64,000 nucleotides of DNA from Candidatus Saccharimonadota bacterium. GTDB lineage: Bacteria > Patescibacteriota > Saccharimonadia > Saccharimonadales > 2-12-FULL-41-12. The stretch covers positions 461 to 64,460 of the forward strand of contig JACRNE010000001.1 in the NCBI GenBank assembly GCA_016219345.1, in the 5' to 3' direction. The notes beneath the pieces are model-generated. The model was not told where the DNA came from, searched no databases, and saw only the letters and a program-made list of their open reading frames with translations. Of this stretch, positions 63,054 through 64,000 are shown piece after piece; within the stretch, counting starts at the first letter, position 1; the number at the start of each line of letters is the position of its first letter. A program made the translations under genes and the position numbers.

Positions 63054-64000
63054 ATGAAGGATCGACTTTTAGAGGGACTGAACAGCGAGCAGAGAAGAGC
63101 TGTTGAAACCACAGAGGGACCTCTGTTAATCCAGGCCGGCGCAGGTAGCGGAAAGACAAAAACTCTGACTCATAGAATTGGCTATATTATTGATAATGAC
63201 CAAGCTGCTCCTAGCCAGATCTTAGCTGTTACTTTTACTAACAAGGCTGCTCGTGAGATGCGTGAAAGGCTTGCTAAGCTACTTCATCATGACCCTTCGG
63301 ATCGGTCGTTCGTTTTGTTTATGGGTACGTTTCATAGTATTTGTGTAAAACTGCTAAGACGTGACGGGTCATTTGTGGGCGTGCCACAAAATTTTGTAAT
63401 ATTTGATGAAACGGATCGACTAAGTGCTGTTAAGCGGGTGTGTAAAGAGCTAAGTATTGATGAGAAAAAATATCCACCCAGACAAATCGCAAACATAATA
63501 TCCAGCGCAAAGAACGAACTTATAGATTCAGCGCAATATAAATCATTTGCATCTTCGCCTATCCAGTCAACAGCTGCGGATGTGTTTCCAAAATATGAAA
63601 AAGTTTTAAAAGATGCTGGCGCACTGGACTTCGACGATCTAATTGGAAAGACAGTAGAACTCCTAGAAAAACACGAGGTAGTCAGAAAGAAATGGCAAGA
63701 TCATTTTAAATATATTCTGATCGATGAATACCAAGACACTAATTCAGCCCAGTATAAGCTGATCAAACTCATAGTAAACAAGAACAATAATATAGCGGTT
63801 GTCGGTGATGACTGGCAAAGTATTTATTCCTGGAGAGGGGCGGATTTTCGTAATATTTTAAATTTCACACGTGATTATCCTAGCGCAACCGTCATTAAGT
63901 TAGAGCAAAATTATCGAAGTACAAAAAATATTTTAGATGCTGCGCATTCAGTCATTAGTAATAATAATGATAGATCAGAAAAAAAGCTTTGGACTGATGA
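63054..64000 (+). CDS. pcrA: UvrD/PcrA-family DNA helicase, 3' end outside window
   Basis: LNSEQRRAVETTEGPLLIQAGAGSGKTKTLTHRI, ILIDEYQDTN, VGDDWQSIYSWRGA, LEQNYRST. Open to the end of the window. Confidence 0.9.
   Translation, partial: MKDRLLEGLNSEQRRAVETTEGPLLIQAGAGSGKTKTLTHRIGYIIDNDQAAPSQILAVTFTNKAAREMRERLAKLLHHDPSDRSFVLFMGTFHSICVKLLRRDGSFVGVPQNFVIFDETDRLSAVKRVCKELSIDEKKYPPRQIANIISSAKNELIDSAQYKSFASSPIQSTAADVFPKYEKVLKDAGALDFDDLIGKTVELLEKHEVVRKKWQDHFKYILIDEYQDTNSAQYKLIKLIVNKNNNIAVVGDDWQSIYSWRGADFRNILNFTRDYPSATVIKLEQNYRSTKNILDAAHSVISNNNDRSEKKLWTD

Overview
AT-rich (about 40-45% GC by eye) chromosomal window from a small-genome bacterium. It has Gram-positive-type features: RNase Y, an LPXTG sorting signal and a lipobox lipoprotein. 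The gene content is reminiscent of Patescibacteria/Saccharibacteria, but that is inference only. I call about 70 CDS and 8 tRNAs, all with encoded CCA. I saw no rRNA, CRISPR array, transposase or integrase.

Most of the window is housekeeping:
- DNA repair and recombination: ruvCAB, recA-NUDIX-recX, uvrD/pcrA.
- RNA and tRNA functions: tsaE/tsaB, rny.
- Metabolism: gdh, glyA, folC, MTHFS, pyk-pgk-tpiA.
- Cell wall: murA, murB, murI, murD.
- A 9-kb minus-strand type IV pilus operon (pilB-pilC-pilA-minor pilins-pilX-like-pilMNO).
- A RimK/ATP-grasp module.

The best candidate for an undescribed system is 45.2-52.7 kb. It holds an FkbO/RidA-like chorismatase homolog, a PaaK-like adenylating ligase, an Rv1355c-type E1/ThiF protein and an Acg-type double nitroreductase. 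These are bracketed by a receiver-only response regulator and a multi-TM GAF histidine kinase.

Other points worth a second look:
- A vWA-MoxR-DUF58 triad next to two strongly promoted surface proteins (52.7-57.8 kb).
- Internal segment loss in conserved genes (dnaJ, pilB, murB, tsaB).
- An HTH-MurA fusion.
- A membrane-anchored ClpB-like ATPase.
- A GC-rich, hairpin-rich ~420-nt spacer inside the pilin gene row.
- A GC-rich patch with a duplicated tRNA-Glu 3' segment.
- Several promoters placed so close to start codons that the mRNAs look leaderless.

All functional calls rest on motifs I recognise in the translations. No database search was run.
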